Assembly (NCBI GenBank): GCA_051532035.1
Contig: JAOPTW010000016.1
Location: forward strand, 75,184-139,183
Source: Fibrobacterales bacterium
GTDB taxonomy: Bacteria > Fibrobacterota > Fibrobacteria > Fibrobacterales > JAOPTW01
Direction of reading: 5' to 3'
Length of the DNA stretch: 64,000 bases
Below, one piece after another: positions 21,356-30,899 of the stretch. Under the pieces are notes generated by a model, which was given only the letters and a program-made list of their open reading frames with translations, made no database searches and was not told where the DNA came from. Positions within the stretch are counted from its first letter, which is position 1. Each line of letters opens with the position of its first letter. A program made the position numbers and the translations under genes.

Positions 21356-21372
21356 TGCAAGAGGTGTGCCAA
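21356..21372 (-). promoter_or_regulatory. Sigma-54 (-24/-12) promoter
   Basis: Minus strand reads TTGGCAC-ACCTC-TTGCA, matching TGGCAC-N5-TTGC, 57 nt upstream of spoVG. Confidence 0.8.
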
Positions 21373-21554
21373 CTCGGTTTTTCGGCTACAATCCAACTTT
21401 TACCAGTCAAAGCCTCTCAGCAGTGATGCCTACAACTATCCAGATATGATTACATTTGATTAAAACTGATTAAAAGAGTATACGATGCACACATTTCTCT
21501 TTCAGTTCTCATATATACTTAGTACTATTAGTATGCTCAGCAACTGGAGAAATC

Positions 21555-22076
21555 ATGGAAACAACATCTACCACAATTCCTTTTCTTGAATCATATCCTT
21601 ATGAAGTGCTCAACATTAAAGAGTATCACTACACCAACATTGTACAAGAGCTCCAGGATCATTTTAAACATGCGTCTAAGGTATTTAGCACGATCCCCGA
21701 CGACAAACTTCACTTTCGCTACCAACCAGACAAATGGAGTGTTGCAGAGGTACTTGGGCATCTTATTGATCACCATTTACTTTTTATGCACCGAGCGGTC
21801 ACTTTTGCACGAGGCTTCGAAAACCCTATTCTCCCTTCCGACGAAAATCTCTGGGTTAAAAATAGTGTCTTAGGTAACAAAAGTTTTCAGACCCTCGTTG
21901 ATCTCTACGAAAAATCTTCTACCCTCTTTGAGACCCACATTGTACTCCTCGAAAAAAGCCAGCTTCAACACAGTGGCATTGCAAATAGTATCGAGATGAC
22001 TATAGAGCAGCTTCTCTCATATTTCATTCAGCATGAGAAGCACCATTTTGATTTTATTCTTTCACATTATCTGTAA
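21555..22076 (+). CDS. DinB-family protein
   Basis: RY.PDKWS..EVLGHLID and H..HH motifs. Confidence 0.85.
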   Translation: METTSTTIPFLESYPYEVLNIKEYHYTNIVQELQDHFKHASKVFSTIPDDKLHFRYQPDKWSVAEVLGHLIDHHLLFMHRAVTFARGFENPILPSDENLWVKNSVLGNKSFQTLVDLYEKSSTLFETHIVLLEKSQLQHSGIANSIEMTIEQLLSYFIQHEKHHFDFILSHYL

Positions 22077-22082
22077 TATTCA

Positions 22083-22901
22083 TTACTCAATAACTGATTT
22101 GGCATTAGGGTTGAAAGGATTTGTTCGTATCTCAAGTGAGTAGAGATAGGGATACTGCTCTTGTAGGTGACGGAGATAATTGAGCCACTGCCGGATAAGA
22201 TGATCATAAACCCGCTTAAAGTCATTTGCAAGATGCTCCTGATCTTTTTCTGGGAGATCATGAAGCGACTCCCGTGCCCCTATCTCATCCAGAAGGTGTA
22301 AGCTTGAGAGCATCACATCTGAAAAGTGTTCATTGTCGAGTACATACCGGTTCTCGAGAAGTCGGGAAATGGTATCACGTCGATGCATCACATGCGCTTC
22401 GAGAAGATCCAACACCACCGCATCAAAGCGAGTCTCAACATCCATCTTCTCTATAGCTTTCTCTGCCTGTATAAATTCTTTAGCGGTCCATTCAGGTGTA
22501 ACCATAAGTATTTTCTGTATCTCATTATAGTTTACTATCACTGCTTCTGCATGCCGTAAAATCTCTTTACCAATTTCCTTGAGATACACCCCTACAAGAA
22601 TATTTATTTTTTGCTTTTTTATCTCACGCTCTTTTTTGTTCAAGGCAATCTCAGTTAAATTACCCACAAAGGCCAAGAAGGTCGCCACCCCAACTAAAAT
22701 AACCACTACGGAAATGAGCCGTCCAATTGTAGTCTCTGGAGCGATATCTCCATATCCCACAGTAGACATGGTAACCAAGCAAAAATAATAGGCATCACTG
22801 AGTGATATCCCTTCTGCAATTGAGAGTAACAATCCACCCAAAACAAAAGTGATACTAAAGGTCAATAGGTAAAATCGTTTTTTGCTCTCTATAGCTATCA
22901 T
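22083..22901 (-). CDS. Two-TM potassium channel with non-RCK C-terminal domain
   Basis: TMSTVGYGD selectivity filter; RBS GGAG before ATG 22901. Confidence 0.88.
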   Translation of the reverse strand: MIAIESKKRFYLLTFSITFVLGGLLLSIAEGISLSDAYYFCLVTMSTVGYGDIAPETTIGRLISVVVILVGVATFLAFVGNLTEIALNKKEREIKKQKINILVGVYLKEIGKEILRHAEAVIVNYNEIQKILMVTPEWTAKEFIQAEKAIEKMDVETRFDAVVLDLLEAHVMHRRDTISRLLENRYVLDNEHFSDVMLSSLHLLDEIGARESLHDLPEKDQEHLANDFKRVYDHLIRQWLNYLRHLQEQYPYLYSLEIRTNPFNPNAKSVIE

Positions 22902-23066
22902 AATCACTCCATTCTTTGGCGATACAAAGATATTAAAACAACAGAGAAGGTCAGTGTTAAAATCCATCCACTCCACTCTATACTATACCATAGTGTACCA
23001 GAAAGATTCCACACTATTACATAACATTGTTATTTTTCAAAAAACCCAATTATTGAGGAGAACCAT

Positions 23067-24425
23067 ATGGACATTGCATCACTCATATCAACCATTGATG
23101 GCTACATCTGGGGCCCTTGGCTCATGGTTCTCTTAGTAGGAACAGGACTCTATCTTACAATACGTCTCTTTTTTGTACAGTTTAGAGGTTTTAAGCATGG
23201 CCTCAAAGTAGTTCGTGGTGGATTTGATAAAGAGGAAGATGAGGGTGAGATCACCCATTTTCAGGCACTGACTGCCGCACTTTCTGCAACCATAGGAACC
23301 GGTAACATCGTTGGAGTTGCAGCTGCAATTCTCATGGGAGGGCCCGGTGCAGCCTTCTGGATGTGGGTCACTGCTCTTGTGGGGATGGCAACAAAATTTG
23401 CATCGTGTACCCTCGCTGTTCACTATAGAACTATTGATGAAACAGGAGAGGCCCATGGGGGCCCCATGCACTTTATTGAACAGGGAATGGGACCTAAATT
23501 TAAATGGCTTGCAATCCTCTTTGCCGTATTTACCGTTACTGCAAGTTTTGGAATTGGAAATATGTTTCAGATAAATAACGTCGCTACCAGTCTCAACACC
23601 CTCTTTAGGGGTGGCACTGAGCCAAGCGCGCTCTTTAATGTCATTGTCGGTGTAGTGTTTGCGGTAATGGTCGGTATCGTTATACTGGGCGGTATTAAAA
23701 GTATTGGTAAATTTGCATCAAAAATAGTGCCTATTATGTGCTTTTTCTATGTAGGGGCAGGCCTGATCATACTGGTTAAAAATATGGGTGCGATACCCGA
23801 TGCCTTTGGAACCATTTTTTATTATGCATTCAACACTCCAGAGGCCCTTGCCGGCGGCCTTCTGGGTACGGTAATTCGCGCTGGCGTTGCACGAGGGCTC
23901 TTCTCTAACGAGGCAGGCATGGGCTCAGCAGCTATGGCTCACGGCGCCGCAAAGACGAGCGAGCCAGTACGTGAAGGTCTTGTCGCTATGCTTGGCCCAT
24001 TTATTGATACCATTGTAATATGCTCTATCACAGCGCTCGTCATTATCATTACGGGTGCCCACGAAATTCAAGACATCGCAAAAGGTGAACTCACCGGCAA
24101 AGCATTTGAAATAGGACTAGGGAGCAGTATTGGCTCTCAACTTGTCGCTATTGGAGTTATCTTCTTCTCATTCTCCACACTCATTTCATGGTCCTATTAT
24201 GGAGATCGTGCAGCCGATTACCTGTTTGGCAAAAAAGCCGTTGTCCCCTATCGATATATTTACCTCGGATTTATTATCATTGGCGCCACCATTAAAATTG
24301 GCACTGTGATTGATTTCTCCGATGCAATGAATGGCCTTATGGTTATTCCTAATCTTATTGCACTTATAGTACTTTCACCTGTTGTTGTAAAACTTACCAA
24401 AGACTATTTTGCACGAATGAACTAA
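23067..24425 (+). CDS. Sodium:alanine/glycine symporter (AGCS family)
   Basis: IGTGNI.GVA, GGPGA.FWMW, GGPM, RGLFSNEAG.GS and FIDT motifs. Confidence 0.93.
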   Translation: MDIASLISTIDGYIWGPWLMVLLVGTGLYLTIRLFFVQFRGFKHGLKVVRGGFDKEEDEGEITHFQALTAALSATIGTGNIVGVAAAILMGGPGAAFWMWVTALVGMATKFASCTLAVHYRTIDETGEAHGGPMHFIEQGMGPKFKWLAILFAVFTVTASFGIGNMFQINNVATSLNTLFRGGTEPSALFNVIVGVVFAVMVGIVILGGIKSIGKFASKIVPIMCFFYVGAGLIILVKNMGAIPDAFGTIFYYAFNTPEALAGGLLGTVIRAGVARGLFSNEAGMGSAAMAHGAAKTSEPVREGLVAMLGPFIDTIVICSITALVIIITGAHEIQDIAKGELTGKAFEIGLGSSIGSQLVAIGVIFFSFSTLISWSYYGDRAADYLFGKKAVVPYRYIYLGFIIIGATIKIGTVIDFSDAMNGLMVIPNLIALIVLSPVVVKLTKDYFARMN

Positions 24426-24488
24426 CTTTTACACCCACCACCGATACCCAGTTCTGGTGGGCCCACCTTTACCCTAATTGAGAATGAT

Positions 24489-24917
24489 ATGAAACTATTA
24501 ATACCACTAAACATTGATGAAGAAACCAATCTCATAGTCGCCTATATTGAGAAACTCATTCAAAGTATTCCCGGATCAGAGCTCTTTTTTCTCCATGTCC
24601 TCAAACCTGATGACATCAAATATGATTATGACAAGAACTCAACCACCAAAGAGAGTTATAAAAATACATTTGTGGGTTATAAAAAACTTGAGAGAATCGT
24701 ACAAGGGTTCCTTGATCAAAGTATTGAAACCAATGATCTCGTGAAAAAAGGTATACCACACGAAGTGATTCTCAAAGAAGCTGAGCGGTTAGAGGCCGAC
24801 ATGATCATTATTGGAGCATCGCACCAAAATGCTTTTATCGAAGCCATCGCTGGAAGCGTCCCTCTAAAAATTCTTCAAAATAGTACACTACCGGTTCTTG
24901 TAGTTCCAGATGCGTAA
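24489..24917 (+). CDS. Universal stress protein
   Basis: LHV, G.P...IL..A....DMIIIG, GSV...IL....PVLVV motifs. Confidence 0.88.
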   Translation: MKLLIPLNIDEETNLIVAYIEKLIQSIPGSELFFLHVLKPDDIKYDYDKNSTTKESYKNTFVGYKKLERIVQGFLDQSIETNDLVKKGIPHEVILKEAERLEADMIIIGASHQNAFIEAIAGSVPLKILQNSTLPVLVVPDA

Positions 24918-24950
24918 CAGAGAGTAAGTATTAGAAATTGGTTTTTAGGC

Positions 24951-25090
24951 AAAAAAAAATATCTTTGAGAGATAAGTTATTTAGCCAGGAACCAATTCTC
25001 AAAGATATTTTAATCTTGGGGTAAAGGTCGGGTAACCCCAATATTAACTAGTAGTAATGAACAAGCAACCTGCCCGAAGGCCTGTTACTA
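24951..25090 (-). ncRNA. Candidate three-hairpin small RNA
   Basis: TTGTTT-N17-TATATT promoter (25125-25097), three consecutive stems, last stem followed by a U-run. Confidence 0.45.
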
Positions 25091-25299
25091 ACAGCTAATA
25101 TAGCCACTAACCCTTGAGCAAACAACTGATATCTAGGCGAGTAGCCCTATGTTAATCACATGTTACAAAACGATGACATTTAGGGGTTCATCACTCTTTA
25201 GGCATCACTCTTAAACGCACAATAGCCTCATCTAACAGCATATTTGTAAATTTATCTTTACTCTTCAAAGCCATTAGAGTCATTTTATTTTTACACCAG

Positions 25300-26748
25300 C
25301 TATTTTGTATTAGGCATTACGTAAGAAAGAATATAACAGAACACAAGCGTCATACTAAAGTTAAGAGCACCGTAATAGTGCAAGGCCAACACGTCTACCT
25401 GGGTTAACACCAACACACTCGCTATAAAACCTAAAACTCCCCCAACAAACACACCGTTACTCGTACATCGTTTACTAAACATACCCAGTAGCATAATTGC
25501 ACAGAGTGGCGCCCCTAATCCATTGATCAAAACATTAATCATCTTGAATATACTTTGATGTGGGCCAATAAATGACATCAGCATAAGAGCCATAAGAGTT
25601 ACTACCCCACCCAGAAGTACCGTCATAAGAGTCAACTCTCGTCTTTTCGGATCAACGTCCATCACGCGCCGCCTAAAGTCTACCGACCAAACGGTCACAC
25701 AGGAGTGCACGCCAGAGTCAACACTCGACATGGTAGCAGCCATAAGGCCTGAAGCAACAAGCCCTGCAACACCAATAGGCATCGCCTTTAACATAATGCC
25801 CATATATTTCAGTGGAGGCAACCCTTGCTGAATAATGCCACTTTGAACAGCATAAGAGTAAATCGCTAAACCAAAGAAAGCAAGGAGTAATAACGCAACA
25901 ATTGCAACTGTAGCATTGAGCCAAAGTGCTTTGCGTACATCAGCTATTGACGGGGCGGTAAAATAGCGCTGCACAACCACCTGATCAGAGCTGTAACGAG
26001 TGATAAAAGCCACCATCGTCCCAATAATTCCACTCCAAAAACTTATCCTCATGGTTGGATCTAAAGAGAAAAATTGGGGATCAAAAGGGGCTATTGGCAT
26101 AAGCCTCCCTCCACCATAGAGGTTACTCAACACACCAATGATTCCCTCGCCATGGAATGCTATGGCATAAGATACTGCAACAACGATACCCCCAAACAAT
26201 ACAAAGAACTGAAGCATATCAGTCATCATAACTGATCGCATACCACCAATGGCGGTATACAGGGTGGCGATAACTCCTGATGTAATAATGACTCCTTCAA
26301 TGGGGAACCCAAGTGTTGCTTGAAGAATTCTGCCGGCAGCATACAGCGCAACCGCCATCCAAGTGACACGCCAAATAATAAAAAAGCTACTCGCTAACAT
26401 ACGCACCCGGACATCATATTTCTCTTCGAGAATTTCATACACCGAAACGATGGAACGACCGCATAGATTGGGTAGTATCCAACGGCTCAACGGATAGATA
26501 ACCAATAAAAATACTGGTAAGGCAATCAAGACATACAGCCCATTTTTAAAAACTTCGGACGGAAACGCCATAAAGTTTATAGAGCTAAAAGCAGTAATCA
26601 TTACTGAGATCCCCACAGGAAACCAATGCATTGTTTTGCCAGCCGTATAAAAAGATTCGTTTTGAAGAGTCCCTCTCCTAACATATAAGCCAATGGCAAA
26701 CACAACCACTAAATAGGTTACAAATACTGTGATATCAATTACAGTCAT
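25300..26748 (-). CDS. Sodium:solute symporter (SSS/SLC5)
   Basis: SVYE.LE.KY, YT.IGGM.SV.MTD.LQF, DQVVVQRY and AATMSS.DSG motifs. Confidence 0.92.
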   Translation of the reverse strand: MTVIDITVFVTYLVVVFAIGLYVRRGTLQNESFYTAGKTMHWFPVGISVMITAFSSINFMAFPSEVFKNGLYVLIALPVFLLVIYPLSRWILPNLCGRSIVSVYEILEEKYDVRVRMLASSFFIIWRVTWMAVALYAAGRILQATLGFPIEGVIITSGVIATLYTAIGGMRSVMMTDMLQFFVLFGGIVVAVSYAIAFHGEGIIGVLSNLYGGGRLMPIAPFDPQFFSLDPTMRISFWSGIIGTMVAFITRYSSDQVVVQRYFTAPSIADVRKALWLNATVAIVALLLLAFFGLAIYSYAVQSGIIQQGLPPLKYMGIMLKAMPIGVAGLVASGLMAATMSSVDSGVHSCVTVWSVDFRRRVMDVDPKRRELTLMTVLLGGVVTLMALMLMSFIGPHQSIFKMINVLINGLGAPLCAIMLLGMFSKRCTSNGVFVGGVLGFIASVLVLTQVDVLALHYYGALNFSMTLVFCYILSYVMPNTK

Positions 26749-26967
26749 AGTTTCTCCTTATCATTCTGACAAATATAATTTATTCTTTATTTTTACATTA
26801 CTCCATCATCATCCCGTTCAACAAACAACAGGCAAAAGCGCTTACTTTTACCATCAATACAAGACCCAAACCCCCTTTCCATAAGGGTTTAGCGACAATT
26901 TTCCTATTGACCACCCCCACTACATATTAATAGATTAGCCCTAAATCACAAAACAAGCAAGGGTGTA

Positions 26968-27351
26968 ATGGCTCAGGAATGGTTTCATTTTGAACCGAAA
27001 GGCAAAGTTCTACATATTACCTTAAAAGGGCAATGGGACGAGAATACCGCTAAAACATACTGTGAAGAGTATCAGAAATTTGCATCACAATTTTCTGATG
27101 ATTCTTGGGGCAAACTTGTAGATGCCACCAAATGGGACTGCGCATCGTTGAGTAGCGAAAAGCATTTAAGAAAACTCGTAGACTGGTCTAAAAAGAACAA
27201 CCTGATCTTTCAGATCAATGTTACGAACAACAGCACAATGAAGACTTTTCAAATTCAAAAAATATTCAAAAACAAAGGCCCCATAGACACACATTACGTC
27301 AACACCAAGGCCGATGCCATTAAGTGGCTCCAAGAGAACGGACACTCATAA
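26968..27351 (+). CDS. Hypothetical protein (STAS/SEC14-like)
   Basis: L.G.W, LVD...W and C-terminal A..WL pattern. Confidence 0.55.
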   Translation: MAQEWFHFEPKGKVLHITLKGQWDENTAKTYCEEYQKFASQFSDDSWGKLVDATKWDCASLSSEKHLRKLVDWSKKNNLIFQINVTNNSTMKTFQIQKIFKNKGPIDTHYVNTKADAIKWLQENGHS

Positions 27352-27403
27352 AGACCTCATTTCACCCCTTTGAGTATATTATTAAGGGTGAAAATAAAAA
27401 AAT

Positions 27404-27448
27404 TACAAAAATGCACTGCTTACCATATGTAAGCAGTGCATTTTTGTA
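27404..27448. terminator. Bidirectional intrinsic terminator
   Basis: 20-bp stem TACAAAAATGCACTGCTTAC / GTAAGCAGTGCATTTTTGTA between convergent genes. Confidence 0.85.
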
Positions 27449-27470
27449 GACTAAAATTACTCAAAAGCGC

Positions 27471-28403
27471 CTAATAATTTCCTAACATAATCATACTATG
27501 CTCATCGGGATCAAATCCATGGGGAAATTTAGTACGTCTATTATATGATGCCTCATAAAAGTCAGCACCATCTACATCTGCCTGAGAAAAATCCGCACCA
27601 CAGAGATTAGCCATATTAAAATTACAGTCCGTAAGATTCGCATCATTAAATTTGCAAAAAATGAGATCGCCAAATGAGAGATTTGATCCACTCAAATCAG
27701 CCCCCGAGAAGTCAACTGTTGGGAATTTTGCAGCCATAAACTCAGATTCAGCTAGGTCTTCATCCTGATAATGGGCACCAAATGACGCAAGCATTCTTAC
27801 AAAATCTCTATGCCCCGAAACAGCAGCCAACAGCATTGCCGTAGCACCAAACTTATCTTTCACATTAAAATCTGCACCAGCCCGCACTAACAACTCACCC
27901 ATTGAGGTATACCCTTTATGAGCAGCAATCAACAGCGCACTTGCATTATCAGTATTGAGTGCATTAAGGTCTGCACCCGCGCCAAGAAGGTACTCCACCA
28001 GTCCCAAATTATTATAGTTTACCGCCCACATCAATACGCTAATACCACGATTATCACGAGCATGAATATCGGAACCACGCTTCACCAACAGATCCGCCAT
28101 TTTTGCATTGGTACAGGCCGCTATAGACATAAGTACTGTTACCCCAAATTCATCACGAGCATTAACATCAGCCCCATGATCGATCAATAACTGAGCACCA
28201 GAACTGTACCCAAGAAACAACAATGTGCTTAACGGCCATATTCCTAACTCATTTTGTGCATTAACATTGGCACCCTGAGTAACGTGATTTTTCAAGGTAG
28301 GGAGGTGACCACTCTCGATGGCATTCCAGAATTCTTTATTATGAGATGTTGGCTCTATCATTATGTCATCCTTAACTGAGATAGGTTTGCTGTAATCATC
28401 CAT
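27471..28403 (-). CDS. Ankyrin-repeat plus pentapeptide-repeat protein
   Basis: Repeated G.T.L..A...G....V..L...GAD.N units; C-terminal A(D/N)L/F pentapeptides. Confidence 0.88.
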   Translation of the reverse strand: MDDYSKPISVKDDIMIEPTSHNKEFWNAIESGHLPTLKNHVTQGANVNAQNELGIWPLSTLLFLGYSSGAQLLIDHGADVNARDEFGVTVLMSIAACTNAKMADLLVKRGSDIHARDNRGISVLMWAVNYNNLGLVEYLLGAGADLNALNTDNASALLIAAHKGYTSMGELLVRAGADFNVKDKFGATAMLLAAVSGHRDFVRMLASFGAHYQDEDLAESEFMAAKFPTVDFSGADLSGSNLSFGDLIFCKFNDANLTDCNFNMANLCGADFSQADVDGADFYEASYNRRTKFPHGFDPDEHSMIMLGNY

Positions 28404-28735
28404 GACTACACTATAAGTATCGTCTTACTCCCCATAATCATTAACACTTTTTTACATAAAACCGCCTTTTTTGCCAAAAAAAAGCAATTTTTAACCCTAT
28501 TACTCAGACACAAGTTAAAGTAAAACTAGAATCAGTTTTTCACAATTCCCCCTGCAGTATGCATATGCACTTATCCCTAACAATTGAGTCGGAATCCTTT
28601 ACTTTAATTTTGACTTAAGTTATACTATGCCATGACTAATACTTCTGTGCGATCACCCAGAGCAAATTACTCTGTGAAGCTTTAGACACACGATACACCA
28701 GTGATTTCATTGACAACAACAAAAGCCACATACTT

Positions 28736-30817
28736 ATGAACTATTACGACCTTGAACACGGCAGACCTTTTCCTTTTGGCGCCAGCTATATCCCTGAACT
28801 TTTCGCCTATAACTTCGCCCTCTATTCAAAATACTCTTCATCAGTCACCCTTCACTTCTATCTTGCCGATGACTGTACCAACCCTTTTTATAGCAAGATC
28901 TTTAACTTTATCATCAATAAAACCCGGGGCACTTGGCACTGTCTTGTACCCGAATGTGATATTAAGGGAGCCGTCTATTATTCATACGAAGTCGATGGTC
29001 CTTATGAGCCACATAACGGATACCTTTTTAATCCCAATAAGGTACTCTTTGACCCCTATGCGAAAGCACTCCATTTCCCCAAGGACTACTCACGCATAAG
29101 CGCTCTTGGTAAGGAAGAAAATTATGGCAAGGCAGCACTGGGTGAACTCCCCCCAATTCACGAGCCTCCCTTTGATTGGGAGAATGACCTCAGCCCACAC
29201 CACGCTCATGATCTCATCATTTATGAAATGCATGTACGCGGCTTTACCCAAAATGAAAACTCTGGGGTTACCCACCGTGGCACTTTTGATGGTATTCGAG
29301 AAAAAATCCCCTATCTCAAAGAACTCGGCATTACCGCAGTAGAGCTTCTCCCCATTCATCAGTACGACCCACAAGAGCATAATTATTGGGGGTATATGAC
29401 GATGAACTTTTTCGCACTCCACCATGAGTACTGTGTGAGTGACGAGTTAATTGCACAAAAGAATGAGTTCAAGCAATTAGTAAAAGAGCTTCACGCAAAC
29501 GACATTGAAGTAATTCTCGATGTGGTCTATAATCACACCACAGAAGAAGACCACCGTGGCCCAAGCTACTCATACAGAGGAATTGACAATACCACCTACT
29601 ACCTTCTCTCTGATGACCGTCAGTATTACATAAACGACAGTGGCACTGGTAATGTTCTTCGCGTTTCCAATCGTTATACGAGAACAATGGTTCTTGACAG
29701 CTTACGGTATTGGGTCGAAGAGTTTCATGTGGATGGTTTTAGGTTTGACCTCGCCGCAATATTTACCCGTAACAACGATGGCTCTGTCAATCTCGTCGAC
29801 CCTCCACTTATTGGTGAAATCACCAATGACCCCATTCTTGCCAACACTCGCCTTATTGGTGAAGCATGGGATATTGGAAGTTATCAACTTGGACAAGATT
29901 TTCCGGGTGTCACCTGGATGCAATGGAATGGCAAATACCGCGACGACCTCCGTAGCTTTGTAAAAGGCGAAGACGGCATGGTGCAAAGCCTCATGACCCG
30001 CATCTACGGAAGTACCGACCTCTTCCCCGAAGACCTCTTCAATGCCTGCCACCCATGGCAAAGTGTTAATTTCATTACTGCTCATGATGGATTTTGTCTC
30101 ACCGATCTTGTCGCCTATAATGAAAAACATAATGAAGTAAACGGCAACAACAACACCGACGGGGATAGTCACAACAGCAGCTGGAATTGCGGCGTTGAAG
30201 GGCCAACCGATGATCTTGCTATTCAAAAGTTACGCAAACGTCAAATCAAAAATTTTATTGCCCTGCTTCTTCTCTCAAATGGGACTCCTATGTTTTCTGC
30301 AGGCGATGAATTCATGCGCACCCAACACGGCAACAACAACCCTTACAACCAAGACACCGATAAAAACTGGCTCGACTGGGATCTTCTCGAAACCAATCGA
30401 AACATGTTTACCTTTTTTCAAAACATGATTGAGTTCAGAAAACAACATCATTCAATTGGGAGAGGTCGTTTTTGGCGTGAAGACATCTCATGGTATGGCC
30501 ATAAAGGTCCGGTAGATTGGAAAGACAATTCTCACTTTCTTGCCTATTGCCTTCACGGCGCTTCAGTTGGTGATAGTGACATCTATGTTATGATCAATGC
30601 TCACTGGGAAGCCAAAGACTTTTCGGTACAAGAGGGCCACGCCGGCGATTGGAAACTCGTAATCAACACTGCTCTAGATTCAGTCAATACTGTCGTTACA
30701 GAAGAGAAAGCTCTCCATGTTGAGAGCCTCTGTATTACTGTAGAAGAGCGTTCGATTATTGTATTGATTAAAAAGCCTACAAAACCCCATAAGATCCGCA
30801 TGTCGAAACAAGGCTAG
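28736..30817 (+). CDS. glgX: Glycogen debranching enzyme/isoamylase (GH13)
   Basis: DPYAK, IYEMHVRGFT, NYWGY, DVVYNHT, DGFRFDLA, EAWD and AHDGF motifs. Confidence 0.93.
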   Translation: MNYYDLEHGRPFPFGASYIPELFAYNFALYSKYSSSVTLHFYLADDCTNPFYSKIFNFIINKTRGTWHCLVPECDIKGAVYYSYEVDGPYEPHNGYLFNPNKVLFDPYAKALHFPKDYSRISALGKEENYGKAALGELPPIHEPPFDWENDLSPHHAHDLIIYEMHVRGFTQNENSGVTHRGTFDGIREKIPYLKELGITAVELLPIHQYDPQEHNYWGYMTMNFFALHHEYCVSDELIAQKNEFKQLVKELHANDIEVILDVVYNHTTEEDHRGPSYSYRGIDNTTYYLLSDDRQYYINDSGTGNVLRVSNRYTRTMVLDSLRYWVEEFHVDGFRFDLAAIFTRNNDGSVNLVDPPLIGEITNDPILANTRLIGEAWDIGSYQLGQDFPGVTWMQWNGKYRDDLRSFVKGEDGMVQSLMTRIYGSTDLFPEDLFNACHPWQSVNFITAHDGFCLTDLVAYNEKHNEVNGNNNTDGDSHNSSWNCGVEGPTDDLAIQKLRKRQIKNFIALLLLSNGTPMFSAGDEFMRTQHGNNNPYNQDTDKNWLDWDLLETNRNMFTFFQNMIEFRKQHHSIGRGRFWREDISWYGHKGPVDWKDNSHFLAYCLHGASVGDSDIYVMINAHWEAKDFSVQEGHAGDWKLVINTALDSVNTVVTEEKALHVESLCITVEERSIIVLIKKPTKPHKIRMSKQG

Positions 30818-30823
30818 ATTCTC

Positions 30824-30858
30824 ATTAAAAAAGGAGTGCAAGCACTCCTTTTTTAATA
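30824..30858. terminator. Bidirectional intrinsic terminator
   Basis: ATTAAAAAAGGAGTGC / GCACTCCTTTTTTAAT stem; coordinates approximate. Confidence 0.8.
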
Positions 30859-30899
30859 TCTACATCCAAAGAGATAGATTATGAGAAACAGGTAATCTC

